Shown here in pieces: positions 1 to 8,800 of a stretch of 64,000 nucleotides of DNA (position 1 is the stretch's first letter; every line of letters begins with the position of its first letter). Source of the DNA: a virus. Lineage: Duplodnaviria; Caudoviricetes. The stretch lies in the IMG/VR virus record IMGVR_UViG_3300010163_000001, positions 64,001 to 128,000 of that record, one strand, 5' to 3'. Made by a program: the position numbers and the translations under genes. Below the pieces are notes generated by a model. That model saw only the letters and a program-made list of their open reading frames with translations. It was not told the DNA's origin and did no database searches.

Positions 1-1
1 G

Positions 2-1090
2 TTTGTTTATTGTGAGCATATCAATATCTTCGTTCATTAATTGACAAGAAATTACTTTCTTTGATTCATTTAAAGTGTTTTTTACAGAAGTAGCATTTAA
101 TGATCCGGTTCTAACACTTGTAACAGTTTTTGCTTTCTTATTTGTCTTTACAATTTTTCCTTTATTATTTACAGATACTGTGTTACTTCCATATGACTTC
201 TTGATAAGTTCTGATTTGTCATCAAATGATAATTCAAATGCATTGATCACTCCATAATTATCTGTAGTATTCTCATATGCTCCTCCAGTTTGATTAGCCG
301 GATCACCTTTTGACGCAGATGTGATATAAACCAATCTACTTTCTCCTGGTTCATATGCAGTACATTCTGGAGATTTATCTATGAGATACATTCTTTTAAT
401 ACCAAAATACAAAATAGTGCCTTTTTTGTGAGGTTTACAATCATCACATACTTTTTTGATACAATCACAGAAGGGTAATGGTTCTATAACAAATTGATCG
501 TATGACTTACTATTTGTTACCGGAGACATTAGAACCTTCTTAATATTAACTTTTTCCAATATATAACCTATTGCGTCTGTTAAATTTGATTTTCCTAATG
601 GTCTATTATCTATAACAACATCATATTTTTTATAATAATGCTCATTGTAGAGTAACATAGAAAATGTTGTTAATTGTCCATATTGACTTTCTTTTGATTC
701 TATTATTTCCTGAATTTCCTTTGTCAAATCAACTGGACTTGATCCTATAAATGCATGGAATGTTTTATTAAAGCACGTCTTAAAAGATATACCTTTAACA
801 CTTGATATGTTAACAGTTTCTTTAAATTTCCCTTTCTGAAGAGCTAATTTTAATTTTAAGGTACTTCGAATGCTTGGATCTGTAATTTGTCTATAAATAC
901 TATTTGGAATAGAAACATCTATTGTGAAATATGGAAAATAAAACTTTTCAAAATCCTCTACGATATTCATTCCTGTACATAATGTGGGTTCGATATCATA
1001 ATATTTTGTATTTTCACCTTTTCCATATTGTAAAGTGATTGTCTTTATCTTGTATTTATACAGAGATAATTTTACTTTTTCCAAATCCAT
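2..1090 (-). CDS. Partial ORF running off the window start (>360 aa, MDLEKVKLSLYKYKIK...); possible virion structural (baseplate/tail) protein
   Basis: Not in the ORF track. Hand translation from ATG 1090 (RBS GAGGTG upstream) stays open to the window edge. Function is a guess. Confidence 0.6.
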   Translation of the reverse strand, partial: MDLEKVKLSLYKYKIKTITLQYGKGENTKYYDIEPTLCTGMNIVEDFEKFYFPYFTIDVSIPNSIYRQITDPSIRSTLKLKLALQKGKFKETVNISSVKGISFKTCFNKTFHAFIGSSPVDLTKEIQEIIESKESQYGQLTTFSMLLYNEHYYKKYDVVIDNRPLGKSNLTDAIGYILEKVNIKKVLMSPVTNSKSYDQFVIEPLPFCDCIKKVCDDCKPHKKGTILYFGIKRMYLIDKSPECTAYEPGESRLVYITSASKGDPANQTGGAYENTTDNYGVINAFELSFDDKSELIKKSYGSNTVSVNNKGKIVKTNKKAKTVTSVRTGSLNATSVKNTLNESKKVISCQLMNEDIDMLTINK

Positions 1091-1282
1091 ATTTTTTCAC
1101 CTCTATTCACGATTTTATTATAGGTAGGTTGAGTTTTATTCGATTTTTAATAGAAATTTATTAACTGATATATTATTAATCTGGAATAAAATATAATTAT
1201 TCCATAAATAATTATATAAGGATTATACTTAATAATCCTAAAAAATCCGTTAAAATAAGTTTTATTAAAAGGAGGATTAAAA

Positions 1283-1954
1283 ATGGCAGAACAAAACACT
1301 ACTTCTACCCCAACAGGTGGACAACAAAACAATGGATTATCAAAAGAGATAATTGAACAGCTTAAAAAGATGGCCGTGACAGCACATAATTTATGGGGAC
1401 TTCCTCCATGTGCAAGTGAATGGATTCTTACCGCGGACCAAATCAAGAAAATCGTAAGACAACAGGCGGAAGCATTCTTGGATGACATCAAGTATATTAC
1501 GTTGGAAGGTAATTCAAGAAGTGGCGCAATTGATGTTTATGTTTGGGTTCCGAAGAACAGCAGAAACGTAATGGATAATACTTTGAAAGAGAGTGGCTCT
1601 GCAATTTCAAAACCCATGAGAAGGTTTTCTTCAAAGATGAAAGAATTCATGGGAAAATATTGTAATAAGAATGAGCAGAGATTGATAACAGATGCAAACG
1701 GCGGTCCAAATGTCGGAATCAAAATTCAATGCGATACTGCATTAAAAATCTTCTTTGATGAAAATGGTACAAATTACCAAAAAGTTTACAAAGAAAAAGG
1801 TCACCGGAAAATGGTTCTCTTATTTAAAGCAACCTTGAAAGAGAAAGACAATGACCATACCTACAGTGAAGTAGTTGCATTGAAGGTGAGAAAAGGATTC
1901 CAGAATGACAGTATGGGAGAACCGAAAGCACAAAGATCATATAATGCAAGATAA
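1283..1954 (+). CDS. Hypothetical protein, 223 aa
   Basis: AGGAGG RBS, followed by a terminator hairpin. Confidence 0.8.
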   Translation: MAEQNTTSTPTGGQQNNGLSKEIIEQLKKMAVTAHNLWGLPPCASEWILTADQIKKIVRQQAEAFLDDIKYITLEGNSRSGAIDVYVWVPKNSRNVMDNTLKESGSAISKPMRRFSSKMKEFMGKYCNKNEQRLITDANGGPNVGIKIQCDTALKIFFDENGTNYQKVYKEKGHRKMVLLFKATLKEKDNDHTYSEVVALKVRKGFQNDSMGEPKAQRSYNAR

Positions 1955-1962
1955 TTAAAAAC

Positions 1963-1994
1963 GAGGGCATTGGCGAATTGTCAATGCCCTCTTT
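1963..1994 (+). terminator. Intrinsic terminator
   Basis: GAGGGCATTGGC-GAATT-GTCAATGCCCTC-TTT. Confidence 0.7.
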
Positions 1995-2009
1995 ATCTTT
2001 ATATATAAG

Positions 2010-3128
2010 GTGGTGATTTTTTATATGGATAGTCATTTCAATGGATATAAAGCAAGATATGAGATTTTGAATAAATACATGATTCCAATATGTAATTCAC
2101 AGATAGTATCTTCCATAAATATTTTCATTAATTTAGACGATTTGTTTCATGTGTTACATAATCCCCTAATTAATGATGAATTTCAAGTTTGTGGAAAAGA
2201 TGCACCGAAACAATTAATCTCAAATATATTTAATCTCATTGGTCATTATAGGTACTGGGCAATTAAAAATCATTATTCTTGTAAAGTTTATGCGATTTAT
2301 ACTTCCACAATACGAAGTTTCAAGAATAATGTTTACATCCCTTCTTATAGAGAACATTTTAAGAAAATTAACGCGATGGAATACACAAGTTGTTACTTTG
2401 TAAATAATGCAATTCAATTAGCATCCCCATTACTTGCTATCATAAGCAAGTATATACCAGACATTTATATTATAGATTCAAAATATTTAGAGCCAAGTAT
2501 GATTCCCTTCTATATATCAAGTAATGTTCATAAAGCAGATTGGAATCTTATGGTATCTAGAGATTCCTACGATTTGCAATATGCGTATAGAAATAGATGG
2601 AGTTTACTAACTCCAAAAGGAGATAATAGTAAAGTAATCAACCAGCATGGTATATGGAACTATGTAAATGAAAAAGAACATGTTTTTAAGGAAGAAGTTG
2701 ATTTGAAATATCCATACGAATTATTTATCTTATCAAAAGCAGTTGTCGGTGATCGATATCGTTCCATTCCCAGATTAAGAAGGATTGGATGGAAGACTTT
2801 ATTTAAGATGCTTGATCAAGTAATAAAAGAAAATGAGGGAGCCGGGGAAACTACATTAAAATTAAAACTGATAGAAAAGATTAAAGGAAGATCATCTTTA
2901 ACAAATAATATGATTAATGACAATCTGAATGCAATTAATATGGAATTACAAGAAGAATCTATGATGAATATTGATAAAGCATTGATCAATGATCAAATTA
3001 TAGATGTTCCGGATTATAATAACTTACAAGAGATGAATCGTACTAGATTTTTAGAATATCCATTAAACTTACAATTCTTATGTAATACAAAAGCAACAAA
3101 TGAACCAAAATCCCCATTTGATATTTAA
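2010..3128 (+). CDS. 5'-3' exonuclease / T4 RNase H (FEN-like) family protein, divergent
   Basis: H3TH-like motif VGDRYRSIPRLRRIGWKT (cf. GDxSDNIPGxxGIGxKT) and SRDSYDLQ (cf. SxDKDxxQ). Confidence 0.6.
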   Translation: MVIFYMDSHFNGYKARYEILNKYMIPICNSQIVSSINIFINLDDLFHVLHNPLINDEFQVCGKDAPKQLISNIFNLIGHYRYWAIKNHYSCKVYAIYTSTIRSFKNNVYIPSYREHFKKINAMEYTSCYFVNNAIQLASPLLAIISKYIPDIYIIDSKYLEPSMIPFYISSNVHKADWNLMVSRDSYDLQYAYRNRWSLLTPKGDNSKVINQHGIWNYVNEKEHVFKEEVDLKYPYELFILSKAVVGDRYRSIPRLRRIGWKTLFKMLDQVIKENEGAGETTLKLKLIEKIKGRSSLTNNMINDNLNAINMELQEESMMNIDKALINDQIIDVPDYNNLQEMNRTRFLEYPLNLQFLCNTKATNEPKSPFDI

Positions 3129-3172
3129 TGGGGATTCTTTTTTTATAAGTTTTATGAAATGGGTGTATGATA

Positions 3173-3607
3173 ATGTCGGAAGAGTTTTCAAAAAAGATGA
3201 ATAAACGAGAAGTTCTCAAATATCTAAATGCTTTTTCAAAAGAATATCCAAAAGATCGTTGGTGAGTATCTTATAAAGCTGCATTAGTTTTGTATGGGGT
3301 ATTTGAAGAAACAAATGATATTGATATTTATGTTTATGATGATCTATGCCACCAACTAATAAAAAGATATCCGTATGTTATTGCTCCATATGACAATGCT
3401 CTTCGAATTACAATTAATGATAGACTAGAAGCTTTTTCTTATAATGGGGAGCCACAAACTTTTACTATAATAAACGGATTTCAAGTAGATTCTATAGATA
3501 ATATTTTTAATTATTATAAAATAATGAATCGATCAAAAGATCAAAAAACTCTAGAAAAAATTAGGCAATATCAAAATCATAACAAATTAAAAGAAAGGAG
3601 ATACTAA
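3173..3607 (+). pseudogene. Nucleotidyltransferase-fold protein interrupted by an in-frame TGA at 3263-3265
   Basis: Frame from ATG 3173 reads MSEEFSKKMNKREVLKYLNAFSKEYPKDRW*VSYKAALVLYGVFEETNDIDIYV. AALVLYG...TxDID resembles minimal NTase motifs. The track ORF 3290 is the post-stop part. Confidence 0.55.
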
Positions 3608-3608
3608 A

Positions 3609-3950
3609 ATGGCTTATTCCACAATAAGTGATTTACAAAGATACTTTGAAAACACTCCGGAAGAATACTCTTTTGCTATGGAGAAATTGACTGCAGAACA
3701 AAAGAGAAATCTTCCAGATGATTGTTTCGGATTACCAGAAAAGAGAAAATACCCATTGATTGTAAAAGGTGATGGAAATGATTGGACACACTTAAAAAAT
3801 GCTATTGCATACTTTAATACGTGTAAAGATGAAGAGGACAAAAAAATTCTTGCTGAGAATATTGCAAGGGTCATAAGAGAAAATAATGTGCAAGTAAAAA
3901 TATCTCCAAATGCTAAGATACGAAATTATGCAGACTTTGAGGGATTGTAA
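3609..3950 (+). CDS. Small probable virion/head protein (DUF6582-like, LPDxxFGLPxxRKYPL)
   Basis: Motif RNLPDDCFGLPEKRKYPL...HLKNAIAYF; N-terminal leader ends in AME. Confidence 0.55.
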   Translation: MAYSTISDLQRYFENTPEEYSFAMEKLTAEQKRNLPDDCFGLPEKRKYPLIVKGDGNDWTHLKNAIAYFNTCKDEEDKKILAENIARVIRENNVQVKISPNAKIRNYADFEGL

Positions 3951-3968
3951 AATAATGGGAAGACCAAT

Positions 3969-4346
3969 TTAGTTGGTCTTCCCATTATTAATTCCCACTG
4001 TTAAATCAATAAATAATCTCTGGCACCTATTTGAAAAATCATTCACTACTGATTCATTCTCAAATGGAAGTTGAATAGGTTTATAATTTTCTATTTTGGT
4101 AATAAACTCACTAATCAAGCCACAAACCTCATCAATTATTTCATTCCGATTTTTAATTTCGCTAATAACGGGAGCTTTTAATTTTGTATTCCCAATTCCT
4201 TCCAAATTTTTTTGAGAAGAGATCTTTCCATTGTGAGTTGGTGTAATAAATACTTGGTCAACTTCTTGAGGACCATCTCTCAAGGCGACTTTTAATACAG
4301 GATGACATAATTTTCCAATTTCAATTAAGTTTAAAGCTATTGTCAT
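3969..4346 (-). CDS. Hypothetical protein
   Basis: AGGAGG RBS, TATATTATTTT motif upstream, shared convergent hairpin at ~3953-3988. Confidence 0.7.
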   Translation of the reverse strand: MTIALNLIEIGKLCHPVLKVALRDGPQEVDQVFITPTHNGKISSQKNLEGIGNTKLKAPVISEIKNRNEIIDEVCGLISEFITKIENYKPIQLPFENESVVNDFSNRCQRLFIDLTVGINNGKTN

Positions 4347-4476
4347 AATTCATACCTCCTATCTATTAAAATAATATATAGATAAAAAATCAATCCTTTA
4401 TAATATAAAATTTAGTTTTTATTATATTTTGTACCTTTACATAAGTAAAATTATATATAAAGGAGGTTTGATAAAT

Positions 4477-4602
4477 ATGAATGGAGAAAATCTATTAGAA
4501 AAAATTGACGAAAGCATTAATTCTCTATTAAAGAAACTTTTCAAAGTATTAGGTGTTGTATTTGTTATAATTTTAATTATGAGAGGAGTGAATATTTTAT
4601 GA
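4477..4602 (+). CDS. Small membrane protein, 41 aa (MNGENLLEKIDE...VLGVVFVIILIMRGVNIL)
   Basis: AGGAGG RBS; one hydrophobic segment; ATGA overlap with the next ORF. Confidence 0.6.
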   Translation: MNGENLLEKIDESINSLLKKLFKVLGVVFVIILIMRGVNIL

Positions 4603-4754
4603 AGAAATATAAACTCATTTGGTATGATATAGATGAAGCAAAACAAACTGACTTCATTGAAGCTGAAAATGAAGAAGATGCTAGAAAAAAAGGATATTCA
4701 AAATATAATGGAAATCCCCCTGCTAAAATGTTATCTATTGTAGAGGAGGAATAA
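4599..4754 (+). CDS. Small hypothetical protein, 51 aa (MKKYKLIWYDIDE...)
   Basis: GAGGAG RBS; translationally coupled to its neighbours. Confidence 0.6.
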   Translation: MKKYKLIWYDIDEAKQTDFIEAENEEDARKKGYSKYNGNPPAKMLSIVEEE

Positions 4755-4756
4755 GT

Positions 4757-5140
4757 ATGTTATTAAATGAAATTATAAATATTTCATGGATCATAATCCT
4801 GATAACAATTGCAATTCTTACAATAATTTTTGTATCTACAAAGTACTTTCTTCCTGTTTATAAGATGAAGATATCAGAAGTTTCATTTCTTGAATTATTA
4901 CAGGCGTTAAATGCAATTGTACAGACAGAACTGGATATATGGGAAAATAATGTTTTTGAAGATAAAGGAGCTTTGACGAATAGTAACTTTGAAAATTATT
5001 ATGATGAAATTTCAGTCCATATTATCAAATCATTGTCTCCAACTTTCTTTCTTAATATCGGAAAATATTTATCAGAGGATGCAGTAGTATCTATTATTGG
5101 AAGAAAAGTTAGAGAATATTTAGTAAGCAAAATAAAATAA
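4757..5140 (+). CDS. Membrane-anchored hypothetical protein
   Basis: N-terminal TM helix, RBS GAGGAGG, hairpin GGGACGCTC...GAGCGTCCC downstream. Confidence 0.7.
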   Translation: MLLNEIINISWIIILITIAILTIIFVSTKYFLPVYKMKISEVSFLELLQALNAIVQTELDIWENNVFEDKGALTNSNFENYYDEISVHIIKSLSPTFFLNIGKYLSEDAVVSIIGRKVREYLVSKIK

Positions 5141-5183
5141 AAAAAGGGACGCTCATAATCAGCGAGCGTCCCATGTTTGATTC

Positions 5184-6419
5184 CTAGTTAAAATTATTAC
5201 ATTTAGACGATAATACCGCTTGTGTAAACATTTCAATAGGTGCATTATTATACATTCCAATTTTTTTCAGAATTATTCGTTCTGGAGTCCCATTCATCAT
5301 GTCCAATGCTTCTTGAACGGTTCTATTCCCATCCAATCCTGCCTTAAATACAATTCCTTTGTAGGGATGATTTTGTAATAGTTTACCGATTGGCTTTACA
5401 TCACACCCATAAATATGCTTATAAAGGTTTCTCGCTGAATCTAATATTCTTTTAGAAGAATATAAAAATTCTGTAACCTTGTAGTCATAGTACTTTAAGA
5501 TATGTGCACATTCTGGATGATCTTCGCATATCATAGGAATACGTATTTTGTTTTCATATATCAGTTTGATCAGCCTTTCTACTGCTTTTGTACTTTTTAA
5601 ATCCATAATATGATGTAAAATTAAGTAGATGCTAGATTTTACTTTTATCCTATGATATTGTGCATCTACTACTACAAACCCCTCGTTATTACAATGGGCA
5701 ATTTTTCCATCGTAAGTTGTGTTTAGTTTCTCTACCTGAGAGATACATTCATTTAGATTTGTAAGAGGATGTTTTGTTACAATACTCATTCCTATATCCT
5801 CGTTAATCTCTTTTCCGGTGCGAATATTTCTTGTACCAATATGAATTAAATCATAGACATCATATTTTATTACAACAGTTGTCTCTGGAGATATTAACTC
5901 GAAGATATAGGTTAAATCTTTATTAAGCAACCCATCTCTAATTAACTCGTTTATATGATCTATTGTCTCACATTTATCAATTATTGTCTGAAAACTAATA
6001 TCGCTGTCTTGACGAATATAAGCATCTTTCGCATAAATCATTCCGGATGTTGCCCATTCCCATTTACCATGATATTCATCCCACCATAACTTCATCATGG
6101 AACCATCAATCTTACTCTGTACACTTGCAGTTGACCAGTCAATTTGATCTGCATATGGTTCATCGTATCTCCCAAATTTATTAAATGCCCAGCAGGCAAC
6201 ATCTCTTGTTTTTTCATTAATAATAATTCCTCTAGCTTCTTTAACTACTGGGTCATTAAAATTTGCACCTATTCCATAATATAATAATACATATGGATTA
6301 TTCGGATCATCTTCCCGAACATCTTTTATGGTGATATCTGGATACTTAGAAGCCATGAAATTTCTCCAATCATTTCCATGCTCTTCCATTAAATTACATA
6401 TAAGTGATGCTTTTGTCAT
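5184..6419 (-). CDS. T4 Rnl1-family RNA ligase
   Basis: Motif I SKIDGS, FNKF, FELISP, EGFVVV, RIKVKSxxY. Confidence 0.9.
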   Translation of the reverse strand: MTKASLICNLMEEHGNDWRNFMASKYPDITIKDVREDDPNNPYVLLYYGIGANFNDPVVKEARGIIINEKTRDVACWAFNKFGRYDEPYADQIDWSTASVQSKIDGSMMKLWWDEYHGKWEWATSGMIYAKDAYIRQDSDISFQTIIDKCETIDHINELIRDGLLNKDLTYIFELISPETTVVIKYDVYDLIHIGTRNIRTGKEINEDIGMSIVTKHPLTNLNECISQVEKLNTTYDGKIAHCNNEGFVVVDAQYHRIKVKSSIYLILHHIMDLKSTKAVERLIKLIYENKIRIPMICEDHPECAHILKYYDYKVTEFLYSSKRILDSARNLYKHIYGCDVKPIGKLLQNHPYKGIVFKAGLDGNRTVQEALDMMNGTPERIILKKIGMYNNAPIEMFTQAVLSSKCNNFN

Positions 6420-6442
6420 TATTCTTCAATCTCCTTTTTATT

Positions 6443-7156
6443 TTACCATAAGGTATCAATGTTTTTTATCTTCCATTTTCGTATTTCACTATAGCACAGA
6501 TTTTCTATTTCACGCTTCCTCGTGTCTATCTCGTCTTCCGATAGTTTTTCGAAAAAGTCTGGATATTCAAAATACAAAAACGTGAATGCGTCTCTAGAAG
6601 ACTCTGGTTCTTTAAATATCTCGTAAATGGGGTCATCTTTCATTTTTACATAATTATTAATCATATGATGTGTGATTTTTCCACTACGAGTTATAATAAT
6701 TTTATGCGCATACCCGAATTCCAAGGACGGATAATCTGTAACTAATGTATCAATATTATCCTCTGTATAAACTTCTATCTTTTTACAATTTATACCATTC
6801 ATTATAAATAATTCATCATTTTCCTTCTTAAAATAAGTTGTAATATTACTAGCTAATCTTTTTGATTTAATCAGTCCCTCACTATACATACGATTTGCAC
6901 TATCGACAATAATATAAAGGTCATTATCTTCATTATTTATAACAGAACTATCTCCAATATATACGGAAATAATATCTTCCCCTTTATTATGAACTGTACT
7001 TCGAACAGTTCTTCTTAAAATATTATCGATAGCTCCATTCTTACACTCTTCAAGGGTATACCAATATACTGCCTTTCCGTCTAATATAAAATCAAGCTTA
7101 TATGATTGATCAACCCCTAAAGATAATAGTAGATTTAATAATCCAACAACTGTCAT
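6443..7156 (-). CDS. Hypothetical protein, paralog of 7173-7892
   Basis: Start moved to ATG 7156 (MTVVGLLNLL) behind GAAAGGAG; shares N- and C-terminal motifs with its neighbour. Confidence 0.75.
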   Translation of the reverse strand: MTVVGLLNLLLSLGVDQSYKLDFILDGKAVYWYTLEECKNGAIDNILRRTVRSTVHNKGEDIISVYIGDSSVINNEDNDLYIIVDSANRMYSEGLIKSKRLASNITTYFKKENDELFIMNGINCKKIEVYTEDNIDTLVTDYPSLEFGYAHKIIITRSGKITHHMINNYVKMKDDPIYEIFKEPESSRDAFTFLYFEYPDFFEKLSEDEIDTRKREIENLCYSEIRKWKIKNIDTLW

Positions 7157-7172
7157 TATGTTTCTCCTTTCG

Positions 7173-7892
7173 TTAATTCCATATTTCGTCAAGATGTTCA
7201 ATTTTCCATTCCTTTATCTTTTCATAACAAAGATCCTCTATATATTTTTTTCTTGTTCGTTTTTCTTCTTCTGTAAGTAATCCATAGTCAAGTTTATCCT
7301 CAAAATAGATAAACCTGAAAGAAATACTACAATAACATTCTTTTTCAAGGGTCCATCTATTTTGATCAGGTTTTTTGCAAGACTTAGCAACTGTATGTTT
7401 TCTAACAGATCCAGCTACAGATATCTCGATTTCATGCTTATAACAAAATACCACTTCATTATAATCCTCGATTAAATCAACAATGTTTTCTTTTGTATAA
7501 AGTGGAACCACCGAATATGAAAAATCAAAGTTTGTTTCAGAATTTGACCCATCCATACAACTTACAATGTTTTGAGCGAGCTCATGATCCATACAAGCGG
7601 CAATTTGATATTCTCTTCTAGTAGATTCTCTTTTTTTATTTATCAGAAATATTGACTCACAATTAGGATGCTCGCTTTCAACATTCGGTTTTTTTGTTGC
7701 CTCTATAAGAAGTGTATTGTCATTAGGGAAATATGTTGCTGTTCGCACATACTTCTTATAATAAGGAAAGAATAATTTATATTGACTAAGCGTTGCACTC
7801 GCAGAATCTTTCTCTTCACTTTTAATTTCAATCTTCATTTTAGGGTCAACTTTTAATCCATTCAATAGATTTATCAGTCCAACAATTCTCAT
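7173..7892 (-). CDS. Hypothetical protein, paralog of 6443-7156
   Basis: MRIVGLINLL...TRKKYIEDLCYEKIKEWK. Confidence 0.8.
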   Translation of the reverse strand: MRIVGLINLLNGLKVDPKMKIEIKSEEKDSASATLSQYKLFFPYYKKYVRTATYFPNDNTLLIEATKKPNVESEHPNCESIFLINKKRESTRREYQIAACMDHELAQNIVSCMDGSNSETNFDFSYSVVPLYTKENIVDLIEDYNEVVFCYKHEIEISVAGSVRKHTVAKSCKKPDQNRWTLEKECYCSISFRFIYFEDKLDYGLLTEEEKRTRKKYIEDLCYEKIKEWKIEHLDEIWN

Positions 7893-7910
7893 TTTATTCC
7901 CTCCTTGTTT

Positions 7911-8084
7911 TTAGTCCGAAATATATTGAATCAGGTCTTTTTTTGTAATTCTATACACCTTATCTCCAATACGTTTTGCCGGGATAGTCCCATCCTTCAA
8001 TAGTTTGTAAACTAAATTTTTCCCAATTCCCAAAATTTCCATAACTTCTTGTGGGGTAAGTACGTCCGGATATTTCTCTAACAT
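7911..8084 (-). CDS. Excisionase-like helix-turn-helix (HTH_17) DNA-binding protein, 57 aa
   Basis: Hand-translated MLEKYPDVLTPQEVMEILGIGKNLVYKLLKDGTIPAKRIGDKVYRITKKDLIQYISD; AAGGAG RBS. Confidence 0.85.
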   Translation of the reverse strand: MLEKYPDVLTPQEVMEILGIGKNLVYKLLKDGTIPAKRIGDKVYRITKKDLIQYISD

Positions 8085-8132
8085 TTTAGTTTTCTCCTTT
8101 TCTTATTGTAATAAGTCATCTTGTGCCTTTAT

Positions 8133-8306
8133 TTAAGAAATCCTACAATCTCTCAACTTTTCCCAATATCTTTCCAACGCGATGATATTCGCATATCGAT
8201 AACATTTTTCGAATAGCATATACATATTGAAGTTATAATCACGCTGCGATAAAGGCTGTGATAAAAAGTCATGAATTTCATTCAGATCTTCAATTGTATA
8301 TCTCAT
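8133..8306 (-). CDS. Small hypothetical protein, 57 aa (MRYTIEDLNEIHDFL...)
   Basis: GAGGTG RBS; fills the operon gap. Confidence 0.6.
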   Translation of the reverse strand: MRYTIEDLNEIHDFLSQPLSQRDYNFNMYMLFEKCYRYANIIALERYWEKLRDCRIS

Positions 8307-8330
8307 TTTAAATCACCTCTTTTCATATTA

Positions 8331-8714
8331 TTAAACAATGATAATTGAACTTTTTACAAGAAGATACCCCCCTCTTTGTGGAAAGATATCTCTTTCATAA
8401 AGAGTATCTGTTACTTGAACTGCATTCAATACCTGTTTTGGAAAATAAAAATTATCGATGAAATCAGCACATTCTGCACTTGTATTAAATAATACAGGAC
8501 GTTTTGTTAAATTCATCGACTCTTTGATTGCCATTGTAAATACTCTGGAATAGAATTTCTTATCATTCGTATCTTCCTCCTTTCCTTCAAAAGAAAGACC
8601 AACAAACCATTTTCCGATAATTTCTTCTTTCTTTTCTAATTGTGTGACATTGAAACTTTGTCTCCTCCATGTAATATGACCATTATATGCCATTTTATTA
8701 TTTCCTCCTTTCAT
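8331..8714 (-). CDS. Hypothetical protein (true start probably MAYNGH)
   Basis: ORF with internal AGGAGG RBS. Confidence 0.7.
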   Translation of the reverse strand: MKGGNNKMAYNGHITWRRQSFNVTQLEKKEEIIGKWFVGLSFEGKEEDTNDKKFYSRVFTMAIKESMNLTKRPVLFNTSAECADFIDNFYFPKQVLNAVQVTDTLYERDIFPQRGGYLLVKSSIIIV

Positions 8715-8800
8715 AAAATAAATATATCTTTAAAAATCACAATGATAAAAAGTGGTGATAAATAAAATATATACTCATCACCACTTTTATCAGTTATATC

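Noticed and set aside
7911-8084. Prophage excision module
   Set aside because: Xis-like HTH only; no integrase or att site in the window.
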